Shown: positions 10,359-20,889, counted from the stretch's first letter. The stretch is 64,000 nucleotides of DNA from Naegleria gruberi (GCA_000004985.1 GG738917.1); one strand, 5' to 3'. Notes: generated from the sequence alone by a model not told the origin. Made by a program: numbers and translations.

Positions 10359-10770
10359 GTCCTTCAGGAAGACGAACTAAAGTTTGGGATTGTCTAGCAA
10401 CAATGGTAAAGTGAACATCATTTAGGTGAGCATGAACACCAATCCAATAAACAAGACTTGGATTCATTTGTGTTGTGTTTGTGAAGAAACAAAAAAATTA
10501 GAATCTCCATCAACTGGAGTGACTGAAATAGAAAGATTGTCAAGAGGTGAGGAAGTTCAAGTCTAAAGTATGTGTAGGTTCCTTTGAGAGCCTTGGCTTG
10601 TTGAGTTCAATCATTAAGGTGAATAAACTCTAATTACAATAATATTCATCCTCAAAATATTGCAAATTGTATCAACTTACTGTTGCTTGACCAAATGTTA
10701 AAAACAAATTCAGTAACACTCTTTCCATGAATACCAATGTAGAAAACATACCGATTCTTGGTCGCAATAC

Positions 10771-13700
10771 ATGATAAGTAAGTTTGGTATGACCTTCACA
10801 AATTCTAAAATTCCAGAAGAGCTTTTAATTTTGGTGCTGTCAGTCACTTTCGTTCTCTGCTTTGCAAGTGTCAGCGAAGGCAGAGGACCAAAAGCATGTG
10901 CAGATTTGAGTACATTACCAGCTGGTTGTACTCAAAAATCTAGCAAAGATTATTCAGGTACTCTAGCAACATCAACAGGTCCTTTGATGGGAATGGCGGC
11001 TGACTTGTCTGCAAATATTTATGTCATCCAAAACGCTTTCAACTCCTTTAAGACAAACAACTTGGCAACTGCTACATTGAACAAGGGTATTATTTCAAAG
11101 TACTCAGCTGATAAGGGTGTTCTTGCTTGGGAAAAGTTGACATGTGGTTCAGGAAATACTTTCTTTAGCAATATTGTTGCTACTACTTCTCAAGTTAACA
11201 TTGGCGGTACTATTGAAAATGTAACCAATCCATCTGATTTGTGTATCTTTAACGCTGTAAGTGGATCCAATACGAGAGAATTGGACGGAAGAAATCTTTC
11301 GTTCTTTGTTTCGTTAGATTCTTCCTCAGGTATTGTTCGTTTTGTCAAATCACTCGATGTTTACAATGGCTCCACCATTCTTTCAATGACTTCTGATGCT
11401 AGCGACAATGTTATCATTGCACAAAAAGTTAAGAAATATGGTAGTGGTGTTATTTCTATGGATGGTATCACAGTTACTCTTCCAAACAATGATGTTAGCA
11501 ATGTGGTAATTTCTGAATTCTCCAACGTTGATGGTAATTTAAGATGGTCATCCGTTTTGTGTGAAGATCCATCAAGTGAAGAGGCATGTCAAGTTATTTC
11601 CATTCATTCCTCTTATGGAGTTGATGATAATGTTCTGATTGTTTTATCTGTGAAGGGAAGTGTAGTTTTGAAAAATTTTGGTAAAATATCATCCCAAGTT
11701 AATATGGCTAATATCTTCCTTGTTGGTTTGTCAAAGAATGGGCAAAAGGTCAGATTTGCAAAGACGTTGAGTTATAGTTTAACTATTGATATTACAAATG
11801 TCAAAGCAACTATTAATCAAGCTGGAGAAATGGTTTTAGCACTAGCTTGTTCTGATAATTGTATTATCAATCAAGAAATGGTAAATCCTGGTATCTACCT
11901 CATTCAATTTAACATGTTTAAACTCTCAATTGACTATGTTAAATTATTTGTACCAATATCTAACCTTGATACTGTTCAAGTTGCATCAATTGCAATCGAT
12001 GCCGCTGGTAATCCATATACCATTATCAAATCTTTGTCCACTCCCCAAATTACCATCTATGACAGTGATTCTAGAAAGTCAACCTTTGTTTCTCCAAATG
12101 TTCTTCTAGTGAAACATACAGCAAGTTCTGGATCAGTTTACTGGGCACAACCTATTGTCACTTTCTCTACTGTTAGCAAGCTGTTCATTCCAAATATGTT
12201 CAGAAGTGATTCTTATGTTTATACTTTCCCAACTATTCCAGTTGTTTATCAAGATAACAATCAAGTCAACTTGAACACATTCCAACCATGTTTGGGCACG
12301 GTTTCAAAGCTATCAACATCATATTTCGTTGGTGGTTCTGGAGGTGATCATTCATTTTCAACAGATCAGAAAGTCAAATCTATTGCTTGTTATGGTGAAG
12401 GAACAGTGAAAGGAATTGTTTTTAATTATTTTGTTGGTGAAGGTTTTAAAGCAGGAACAACAGAGGGAACCACAAAAACCATTATCTTTGATCCAGATGA
12501 GTACATTACAGAACTAGAGATGAGTGTTGATAGAGGAACATTTATAACCAACGTTGGTTATATCAGAATCAAGACAGACAGACAACAATTTACATTTGGA
12601 CAAAAGAGGTCGTCAAGTAACTACAATTACATTCTGGATAATGATAAGACTGTTATTGCGTGGTCTATCAAGTCAGGAACTCATGTTGATTCAATTACAG
12701 CATTTTTAGGAGATAGAGCCAACGGTTATCCACTTTATTGTGATTGTAAGTCAGGTTTTGAAGGTTCTACGTGTGAAAGAACTCAATGCTATGGTCAAGA
12801 TGCCACTGCCACAGGAGTTGTTTGTTCAGGAAAGGGCTCATGTTCAGGTCCAAACAGTTGTGCCTGTAATCTTGGATACAGCGGTCATGCCTGTATTGAT
12901 GTTAATTATTGTAACAATAATAGCTCATTGGCAGATCCATTGTTGTGTGGCACTGGTACTTGTAAGAGTGATTTGTGTGACTGTAAACCTGGGTTTTATG
13001 GCGAAAGATGTCAATATTGGGATTGTTATGGAATTCAACAAACAAACACTTCATATGCTTGTAGTGCTAATGGACAATGCCAATCTCCAAACAATTGTCA
13101 ATGCTATGATTATACCAAATATGGAGGTTTACAATGCCAACTCCCTATTTGTAATTTCTTACTTTCAAATCATTCAGATGTATGTACTGGACATGGCATT
13201 TGTACAGCTCCGGAAAAATGTGCATGTGAACCAAATTATTTGGGTCAATATTGTGAAGAATTCTCTTGTTTTGGAATTGAAAGAAATTCCTCAAATGTCT
13301 GTAATACTCGTGGTAAATGTATTGGTATTAATCAATGTAAATGCACTCTACCATACTATGGAAATGAATGTCAACTCTATGATTGCCATGGAGTAGTATA
13401 TAATGATAATAATGTCTGTTCTTCACATGGTCAATGTGGTTCACCAAATAATTGTACATGTCAGGCAGGTTATTTTTCAAATGATTGCAGTTTATATCAA
13501 TGTAGTGGTAAATTAATGAACGATTCGAGTGTCTGTTCTGGAAGAGGTACTTGTCAATCACCTAATAATTGCTCCTGTGTTGAAGGACATTCTGGTCAAG
13601 TGTGTGAAAATTACTATTGTTTCAATGTTTTTAAAGGAAATTCTTCAGTTTGCTCAGGTAATGGTAATTGTATTTCATCCAATAATTGCCAATGCAAATA

Positions 13701-13986
13701 TAATTTCAATGGAACAAATTGTGAAACATGTGCCAATAACTATTTTGGCAAACGCTGTACTAATAGCATCCCCAATAGAAGAGCACTCATGACATCCACC
13801 ACTTCAGTAGAAATCGAGTTCTTCTCTCCAAAATATTTTGCAACCAACAGTCAAACTACAATTAGTTGTGATAATATACTGTCCCCTGCATCTATCACTA
13901 AATATGTAGAATTGGACTTTGTAGACCAAAATTACTTTCCACTTTTGCAGATTCTAATGGAAACTATCAATATAGATTCACTATAA
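10771..13986 (+). CDS. 5' portion of a very large secreted/transmembrane protein: signal peptide, jacalin-like lectin domain, and about 12 tenascin/laminin-type EGF modules.
   Basis: Signal peptide MTFTNSKIPEELLILVLSVTFVLCFASVSEG. Jacalin-like segment GGSGGDHSF...IVFNYFVGEGF...FDPDEYITELEMSVDRGTFITNVGYIRIKTD...FTFGQ. Repeated C-x-C-x(2)-G-[YF]-x-G-x-x-C EGF units from 12740-13750. The antisense ORF 12740-13396 is a shadow. Confidence 0.7.
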   Translation: MISKFGMTFTNSKIPEELLILVLSVTFVLCFASVSEGRGPKACADLSTLPAGCTQKSSKDYSGTLATSTGPLMGMAADLSANIYVIQNAFNSFKTNNLATATLNKGIISKYSADKGVLAWEKLTCGSGNTFFSNIVATTSQVNIGGTIENVTNPSDLCIFNAVSGSNTRELDGRNLSFFVSLDSSSGIVRFVKSLDVYNGSTILSMTSDASDNVIIAQKVKKYGSGVISMDGITVTLPNNDVSNVVISEFSNVDGNLRWSSVLCEDPSSEEACQVISIHSSYGVDDNVLIVLSVKGSVVLKNFGKISSQVNMANIFLVGLSKNGQKVRFAKTLSYSLTIDITNVKATINQAGEMVLALACSDNCIINQEMVNPGIYLIQFNMFKLSIDYVKLFVPISNLDTVQVASIAIDAAGNPYTIIKSLSTPQITIYDSDSRKSTFVSPNVLLVKHTASSGSVYWAQPIVTFSTVSKLFIPNMFRSDSYVYTFPTIPVVYQDNNQVNLNTFQPCLGTVSKLSTSYFVGGSGGDHSFSTDQKVKSIACYGEGTVKGIVFNYFVGEGFKAGTTEGTTKTIIFDPDEYITELEMSVDRGTFITNVGYIRIKTDRQQFTFGQKRSSSNYNYILDNDKTVIAWSIKSGTHVDSITAFLGDRANGYPLYCDCKSGFEGSTCERTQCYGQDATATGVVCSGKGSCSGPNSCACNLGYSGHACIDVNYCNNNSSLADPLLCGTGTCKSDLCDCKPGFYGERCQYWDCYGIQQTNTSYACSANGQCQSPNNCQCYDYTKYGGLQCQLPICNFLLSNHSDVCTGHGICTAPEKCACEPNYLGQYCEEFSCFGIERNSSNVCNTRGKCIGINQCKCTLPYYGNECQLYDCHGVVYNDNNVCSSHGQCGSPNNCTCQAGYFSNDCSLYQCSGKLMNDSSVCSGRGTCQSPNNCSCVEGHSGQVCENYYCFNVFKGNSSVCSGNGNCISSNNCQCKYNFNGTNCETCANNYFGKRCTNSIPNRRALMTSTTSVEIEFFSPKYFATNSQTTISCDNILSPASITKYVELDFVDQNYFPLLQILMETINIDSL

Positions 13987-16892
13987 TTTATAGCAGTAAT
14001 CCAACATTCATTCCAGGAGATGTATTTGAATTCAATGTTTTCTGTTTGGAAAGTGAGACACCTGTGTTTGTTCCAATGGTTTATGATGATTCCCAATTGG
14101 TTTATACTGATCCAGTCGTTGAACTTGCAATCGATACTGGTGGTAGTGGACAAGATGAAGCTGCAGTTCACAAATGCTTCTCGACTACTTTCAAAATTAC
14201 AAAATGGTCTCAATATGAGAAGAGAGAAACTTATAGATCTATTAATTGGACAATTGTTGGTTCAGATTCATACGGTGTGGAAACTACAAGTGCTAAGAAT
14301 CAACTGTACCTTACCATTCCAGCAATCTTTTCATCAGAATTTTCTTCCTTGACTCTTGAAGTTATGTTCGAAACTTATTTCGGAAAAAAGAAACTTTTCT
14401 CTTTTAATTTCCCTATCAGTTCTAAATCAATGTTGCCACATGGATCAGCATATTCAACAAGACTACGAATCAAGAATAATGTGCTCAACTATGTGAAACC
14501 ATCCTCATTCATTTCAAATCCATGTGCCAGTCAACTTGCATCGCCTTATATTTTGGTTATGATTCCATCTAGTGATGCCCTTCAAGTTTCTTATCAAGAT
14601 CAACAATTTGCTCTTAAAAATTCTCTGTTTAGTGCACCTAGAACAACTTCAGTAAGATTCTATCAAACCTCCACTAATTATTTCCAAATTGATTTCACAT
14701 TTACTTATGAAATCGCAGCTTTCACTATGAATCCTACAGTTTTTATTGACTCTAGATCAACCAGTACTGTGTTATCATGTACTGATGCTTCTGAATACGG
14801 AAGTGGAACACACAGATACGAGCTTCAATGTTATAATTGTCAACCGCCTCAAAACAGAAGCAAGGAAGTGTCATTCTCTACAGCATCTTCATCAAGTACA
14901 ACCTACGATTTATCTATTTTTGGATTGGGAAGTAAAACTCTAGATATTGGAGTGAGATGTTTCAGAACTAATGAAATATTGTCAAGTGATGTATCATTCA
15001 CTAATTACAAAGTTTCTTTGATTAATTCAAATTCTTTCAATGATGAATGCAAGATTTTATCTTTCCGAATTAAGAATTTGGTAGGCGTCAATTTACCATT
15101 CACTAGTTCACAAACTGAATATCAAATTGAAGTAATTATGAGCTCATCTAATTGTCCTGTCAAATTGACTGTCTCAAACCAATCAGATACAAAATATACA
15201 ATTTATGAAGGAACACTAATCAATCGTTTGAACACTATTCCGTTCGTCTATGTATCTGGGGCGATTGAGAAATCTGGTGGTAGGGTATTTTCTTTCTCCA
15301 GTGTTGGTAACACATTGAGATTGGACAGCTCAGTTGATTCTTCCACTTTACTTATTAATTCAGATCCAGCACCTGCCTATCCAAGTGGTTGCTCAACCAT
15401 TAGATCAGTTTATAACCTTCTAGAAACTGTCTCCATTTCATGTTCCACTGGTACTGGTGTTTCATATTATGCAATTTATCTTGATGATTTCTTTTTGACA
15501 CGCTCAACAAGTTTCCCGCTCACATTCACTGTACCAATGGAAGGAACTCTGTATTTGGCATCTGTCTCTTCTTCAGGTGGTATTGACAAGAGAAAGATAG
15601 CTACTGCCGAATACTCAGCATCAATCTTTACTCAAACCAGTAATATTAATACTTTTGTAAATGGGGTTGGAATAATTTCATCAGTTATGCCATTACAATA
15701 TTCTGCTTTCTTTTATTACTATCCTCTAAAGAAACCACAAATGGATGAAAAACAAATGGTTTCATTATACGAAACTGCATTGAATAAGGCTACCTCTTAT
15801 GGAAATAGTTATGGATTTGCCAATGCTGATTCTCTTAATTTATTATTACATAGTGTTGCCTGTTTGAGCAACCCATACCTTATGAAATTGAGTACTTTTA
15901 GTTCAACTGTCAAATTCTTATATTCCTTCATGGACAACGCTGTGTCCAATGTTAAAAAGAATCCATCTCTATGGACAAAGCGTTCCACCAAATCCCTGGG
16001 TATCATTCTTACAAATTTGAATATATTTACCGTACAAGTTGCTGATATACCATTCTCCTCTTACTCTGCTCCATCGAGTTACATTCTCTACACAACTGCT
16101 CAAATTACTGGTGAAATCACTCAGAAAGAATTATTCGGTAGCTCCACTCAAAGTTTATCACCAATTGTTTATGCCAAATCAATTAGACAAGAATCCATTT
16201 CTTATCTTTCAATTACTGATTCGAATAGTAATAGATGGATTACACTTAATTCTCAAAATGTTTATCCAACATTATCTCCAATGTCTAGCATTCAAGAAGT
16301 TATTGTAAACCATGCCATTATTAAGAAACCAGTTCCGTCTACTTTACAATCAACTGGGGATGTAACAAGTGATTATCTTTCCCAATTTTCAATGACTGGT
16401 GCCGAAACTCTTCCAGATAAGAATAGAGTTTTTATTTCAGTTCCACTCTCTTCTAAACCTTCCAATAGTTTTGGTGGAAAGAGTTTCGAATGTGTTATGG
16501 TTTATGATACAGATACATGGACAAGGGATTATTCTTGTTCTCTTGTCGACACTTTTGAAGCATTAGTTCCTGAAATTAGTTCTGAAAAAATTTTAATGGC
16601 AAACTGTTCATGCTTACTGACATCTGTCATGAAATTGAAAACCACCTCCAGAAATGTTCAACAAACATCCTCAACAACTTCCAACAATGCTATTGGAGTT
16701 TACATTTATGATAACGGTGTTGGTGTTGGGTTGGGCATTTTCTTTGGCTTAATTGTTCCATTATTTTATATCACGGCATTGGTTGTCTGTGTTGTTGGTG
16801 CTTTCTTATTTTGGAAATTCAAGATTAAGCCAAATAGTGGAAAGGCAAACAATCCAGCAGTTTCTAAGGAAAATCCTAATGTCGTTGTTTAA
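13902..16892 (+). CDS. 3' portion of the same large protein: serine/threonine-rich extracellular region, a C-terminal TM segment and a short cytoplasmic tail. Probably contiguous with 10771-13986 (frame open from 13902; first Met at 14046).
   Basis: The reading frame is open across 13902-16892 and overlaps the end of the upstream ORF by 85 nt in a different frame. It ends with GIFFGLIVPLFYITALVVCVVGAFLFW (TM) + KFKIKPNSG... The style (S/T-rich, N-glyc sites) matches the upstream part. Confidence 0.6.
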   Translation: MCRIGLCRPKLLSTFADSNGNYQYRFTIIYSSNPTFIPGDVFEFNVFCLESETPVFVPMVYDDSQLVYTDPVVELAIDTGGSGQDEAAVHKCFSTTFKITKWSQYEKRETYRSINWTIVGSDSYGVETTSAKNQLYLTIPAIFSSEFSSLTLEVMFETYFGKKKLFSFNFPISSKSMLPHGSAYSTRLRIKNNVLNYVKPSSFISNPCASQLASPYILVMIPSSDALQVSYQDQQFALKNSLFSAPRTTSVRFYQTSTNYFQIDFTFTYEIAAFTMNPTVFIDSRSTSTVLSCTDASEYGSGTHRYELQCYNCQPPQNRSKEVSFSTASSSSTTYDLSIFGLGSKTLDIGVRCFRTNEILSSDVSFTNYKVSLINSNSFNDECKILSFRIKNLVGVNLPFTSSQTEYQIEVIMSSSNCPVKLTVSNQSDTKYTIYEGTLINRLNTIPFVYVSGAIEKSGGRVFSFSSVGNTLRLDSSVDSSTLLINSDPAPAYPSGCSTIRSVYNLLETVSISCSTGTGVSYYAIYLDDFFLTRSTSFPLTFTVPMEGTLYLASVSSSGGIDKRKIATAEYSASIFTQTSNINTFVNGVGIISSVMPLQYSAFFYYYPLKKPQMDEKQMVSLYETALNKATSYGNSYGFANADSLNLLLHSVACLSNPYLMKLSTFSSTVKFLYSFMDNAVSNVKKNPSLWTKRSTKSLGIILTNLNIFTVQVADIPFSSYSAPSSYILYTTAQITGEITQKELFGSSTQSLSPIVYAKSIRQESISYLSITDSNSNRWITLNSQNVYPTLSPMSSIQEVIVNHAIIKKPVPSTLQSTGDVTSDYLSQFSMTGAETLPDKNRVFISVPLSSKPSNSFGGKSFECVMVYDTDTWTRDYSCSLVDTFEALVPEISSEKILMANCSCLLTSVMKLKTTSRNVQQTSSTTSNNAIGVYIYDNGVGVGLGIFFGLIVPLFYITALVVCVVGAFLFWKFKIKPNSGKANNPAVSKENPNVVV

Positions 16893-17098
16893 TAATTATT
16901 TTACAATCAACTGTCAATAAATAAGATTTTCAATTTAACATTAATTAAAAAAAAGATCCGATCTATTTGATTAGCAATTATTCGTTGGTGTGAATGAAAT
17001 ACGCGAATGCCGATAAAGCGCGGATTTACATGTCGGGCATAAAATCCGACAAGTCCTCTCTTCATCGTCTCCATTGAAATTTTCAACAACAAAAAAAC

Positions 17099-18850
17099 AT
17101 GCCAAAAACCTCATCTCGTCAATCAGGAAAATCCCACCCCAATGACTGCAACGCAGAGCTGAGTCCCATTGCTTGCAAGGCCTGCAAAAAAGCACATAAA
17201 AAAGTAAGTAATCCATTGCCATTATTATTATTGAAACATGCAACTTTTAAAGTGTGTAAGTATTCATCATCATCTCATCATCGGAATTAATATACTGAAT
17301 AATAGGATAGGAAAATGGGGAAATGCTCCCGATGTTCAAAGAAAAATCTTGAATGTCATTATGATACAGTGGATAGGAGAAGAAGATCTGAAAATCAACA
17401 AATTCAAACCGATGCAAATAGTAGTGGAAATGACAGTTCAAATCAATCACTTTCGGAATATTCCGATGATCATCAGCTTATCAAACACTCTGTGAATGGT
17501 AAAACCATTGAAGTTTACATTTACGTTACCAGTATGGGAATTCCTTGTTTTAAACCTGAAGAATATTACAAATTGTTACAATGCAATATGGAAGAATTAA
17601 ATAAGAATCGAAGAGATCAACTAGCTCTATTACTTTCTATCCAAACTATTTGTGAACAGATATTTGGATTCCCTGATTTGGCTGAACAAACTGCCAGAAA
17701 ATGTAAAAAGGTTGTCATGCATTTGTATGATGATTTTTCAAATCCATTTGTGGCTTGCACTTTTTTGAATATGGCCACATATTATTCAGCTGAAGGAGAT
17801 ATTGAGATGGCCAGAGGTTACATTGCTTTGGTGGAAAATTTTATTGATAGAATGAAACTGACCTCACAATTATTCGAATATGAACTAATTCCTAAATTTA
17901 ACATTGAATTTTGCATAACTTCAATGAAAATTGTTACTCCCATAACGTCTTTGGCATGCTGTGATTCCTATCCAATACCTGACGTTCCAATTCTCACGAA
18001 AATCTTTGGACTCCTCTCATCAATGCACGTTTTTCATCCAAGTTATGAAATTGAATTTTGGAATAATAATTTGAGTCCTACCATTGAGAATAGAATTAAT
18101 AATTTGGAGATTTTCTCAGTCCTTGCCGCCATATATGAGAACAAGTTGACAGATGTTTCAAAGAAATTAATGGAAGTCACCAAGGAAGTCTTCTTCAATG
18201 GATTGAATATTATACGACTGATATTGCATGCCAGTAAGATTGATAATTCTAAATTGTACGCAAATACTAGATTATTGGAATTCTATGCATTGAAAGTGAG
18301 CAAATTATCAGAGAATAATCTCTTCATTTACATGACTCCATATGTCATGTCATTTGTTCTGTCATCCATTAAGGTAAACTTTGAAGTTTGTAAAATGATT
18401 GATCGAGGAGAAAGAGTAAATTTACAGACCACACTCGTATTGAATAATGAAATGTTTGAAAATTCGACTGAAGTTGTGGATTACTATTCAGTGCTGAATA
18501 GAGATTTGGAAACACTCAAACAACTTTCAAAGAGATACAGATATATCACCACTATTTATAATGAAGTGAATACATTCTTGAATAATAGAGCTAACATGTG
18601 TCAATCGAACATTCAGTTGGATGGGTTGACTTCCTCTCCTGGAAGTTTGAGTTCACTATTTGATCCACCTTCTAACATTTACTCAGAGATGAGGAATTTC
18701 TTATCAACCTTTGGAAAATCCAGGAATTTACTCAAAACAACAGATCAAGAAAAACCAATTTGTGACAGAATTACTACTGAGGAAGAGTTTTGTAATTATT
18801 TTGGATTTGAACCAGCAATGGATGATCAATTTCCACCAAACAATAGATAA
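17099..18850 (+). CDS. Protein with an N-terminal Cys-rich Zn2Cys6-like (fungal-type binuclear cluster-like) motif and a large C-terminal domain of unknown function. Two exons: 17099-17203, 17306-18850.
   Basis: Exon 1 ends ...CKACKKAHKK with a GTAAGT donor at 17204. Acceptor aatag at 17305. Exon 2 continues in frame DRKMGKCSRCSKKNLECHY (C-x2-C...C-x2-C-x6-C-H). The exact Cys spacing is non-canonical. Confidence 0.55.
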
Positions 18851-18955
18851 ACATCATAATATTAATTGTGTTTTTCTATCAATTTAATTGAATTTCCAGA
18901 AGTACTAGAATTACATTTGAGTGAAGCAACAATAAAATAAAAAGTAATTTCTGAA

Positions 18956-19287
18956 TGCGTCGACCGGGAATTGAACTTCCTTTTTAGGAATATTATATTT
19001 AATATTTAAATAGTTTACAATATTGAATAATGAAACAACGTGTAAATGTGTTTAAGTAGGGTACCCGTGAGTCGATTCACCATATTTGGAAGGTACTATT
19101 CAACAACAACAACAACAATAAATGTATTTAATATTAATTATTTGATACCGGGAGTCGCTTTTCCTTTTTGGGAATGTTGTATGTGAGTTATCAACTGGTC
19201 TACGCATTTAAATTTTTTTAAAAAATAAAAAAAAATGAAATTGGGTAACGGGAGACGGTTTACTATATATGGAACATTCAAACATAC
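18956..19287 (-). repeat. Segment holding the tRNA-Gly 3' end (T-loop/acceptor 3'/discriminator, 18956-18976, minus) followed by an array of four degenerate ~30-35 bp units resembling tRNA 3' ends or B-boxes (about 18957, 19059, 19145, 19244).
   Basis: The minus strand of 18956-18976 reads GTTCAATTCCCGGTCGACGCA, i.e. tRNA positions 53-73. The units share CCGGGA..(10)..TTCC..TTTTTGGGAA on the plus strand. Their reverse complements resemble GGAA..TTCAATTCCCGGT. Confidence 0.55.
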
Positions 19288-19345
19288 AATTGAACCCGGG
19301 TCACGGCGATGGCAACGCCGTATTCTACCACTAAACCATCGACGC
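19288..19345 (-). tRNA. Truncated tRNA-Gly(GCC), positions 1-60 only (A-box, anticodon arm, T-stem 5' half and T-loop). The 3' T-stem and acceptor are missing at this site.
   Basis: Minus strand: GCGTCGA TG GTTTAGTGGTAGAATAC GGCGTTGCCATCGCC GTGAC CCGGG TTCAATT, then unrelated sequence. The anticodon loop TTGCCAT gives anticodon GCC. The matching 3' end lies 311 bp downstream (18956-18976) with an 8-nt overlap GTTCAATT. Confidence 0.6.
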
Positions 19346-19443
19346 TTCTTATTAAGGTTCTAAGGCTCTATCATTTCACACAACCAGAAACCTGATACTC
19401 CAAAAGTTTATTACAGCTGATCGTTCAATGACTCATTACCACC

Positions 19444-20632
19444 TTATTGCAAACTCTTTCCACCAACACATTGGAATCCTAACTTGACACATCTAGGACA
19501 AGGTTTTTCATCAGTACAGAAAACGTGAGCTTTTCTACATTGATCACAGGGTGACTTAACTTGATTTCTTCTCTTTTTCTTCGTTACTTCTCCCTTATCA
19601 TTGCTACCGTTCATTATAACCGTGACGTGTTTTCCTGTAATCAAGTTTGTAAACTTGATTGGCATTCCGTTTGGAATAAAGTTGAATAAATCACAATCTC
19701 TTTTAAGAAATTTCTTATCTTCCTTATTCTCAATCATTGCAGGATTCAAATTGTATATCATGGCTTCATAAAGCTTTGGGGAAATGATATCTCTCTTAGA
19801 AACCAAAAGTGGATGGGAATCAACTGTCGCCAAGACCTCTCCTTCAATAATTGGGAATCTGATTTCACTCAAGAAATAGTCCAAATATTGCAATCTATTT
19901 TCCTTATCGTGCTCAATCCATCTCATCAAGGACTTGAATAAATTTCCTTCACTACCTATTAATTTGAGTTCCTCTCCAGCAAGCATGACCTTCAAGTCTT
20001 CAATTGATAATTTAACAAAATGTTCACTTTCACAAACAGCATCAAAATTAGCAGAAATCTTAGTAAGAAGAGTTTTCTTTAAAGAGTTGATTTCCTTAAA
20101 TTCTTCCAGATATTGTGAGCAATTTTCCAAAAGAAGGAATGAATCACCAACAGCAGCACTTCTCATAATTTTAAGAGCCCTACCCTCAATTTCTTGCATT
20201 CCATAGGTATGAGCAAAAGTGTACAGATCCATAAATTTATCCACTGCATAATCCTTTGTGGAACCAAAATAGACAACCTTTAAGAAAATTTCCAATCCTA
20301 AATCGGTCACCTGATCCAATACAAGCTCCATGCCAATCTTGAATTCTGGAATAAAAAGAAGTTCCTTCAGTTTTGTACTCCATTTTCCGACCTATGATGA
20401 ATCATCATGATGTTCGGATCATCACACAATTTAAATATTTGATTTTACAATAACACACACATACCATGGCTCTAAGAGCTGGAAATTTCTTTCCATTCTG
20501 ACTGATCAATACACAATCAGAAACTTCTTCATCCAAATACAAGGATGAAATCATGGACATGGTTTTTTCTGTACATTCAATGTAGTTGTTGGAACGGGTT
20601 ATGGAATTACCTAATGTGGAAATTGAATTCAA
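19444..20632 (-). CDS. BTB/BACK-domain protein with a C-terminal Zn2Cys6-like cysteine cluster. Two exons: 20465-20632 and 19444-20391.
   Basis: Exon 1 encodes ...DCVLISQNGKKFPALRAM (BTB N-terminus) with a GTATGT donor. Acceptor catag at 20392. Exon 2 in frame: VGKWSTKLKELLF...MELVLDQ... The C-terminus reads CDQCRKAHVFCTDEKPCPRCVKLGFQC, which is C-x2-C-x6-C-x5-C-x2-C-x6-C. Confidence 0.6.
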
Positions 20633-20889
20633 TTTTGAAATTGAATATAAGTGGATTGTTTCAATAAATTTTCAAAATTGAAATTGAGATTATTTACAAT
20701 ATTTTATTGAATATTGATGAAATTAAATAAATAGAATATTTCACATAGTTTCTTGTTAGAAAAGATAGTCAATTGAACTTAAGATTTATTACATATCAAC
20801 CAGACACTCAATCACCATCAAAGAAAACAAAGAAGAATAACGTTATTGATAGTGATACTGAAGATTTCGATTGTAATATTAAAGATATT

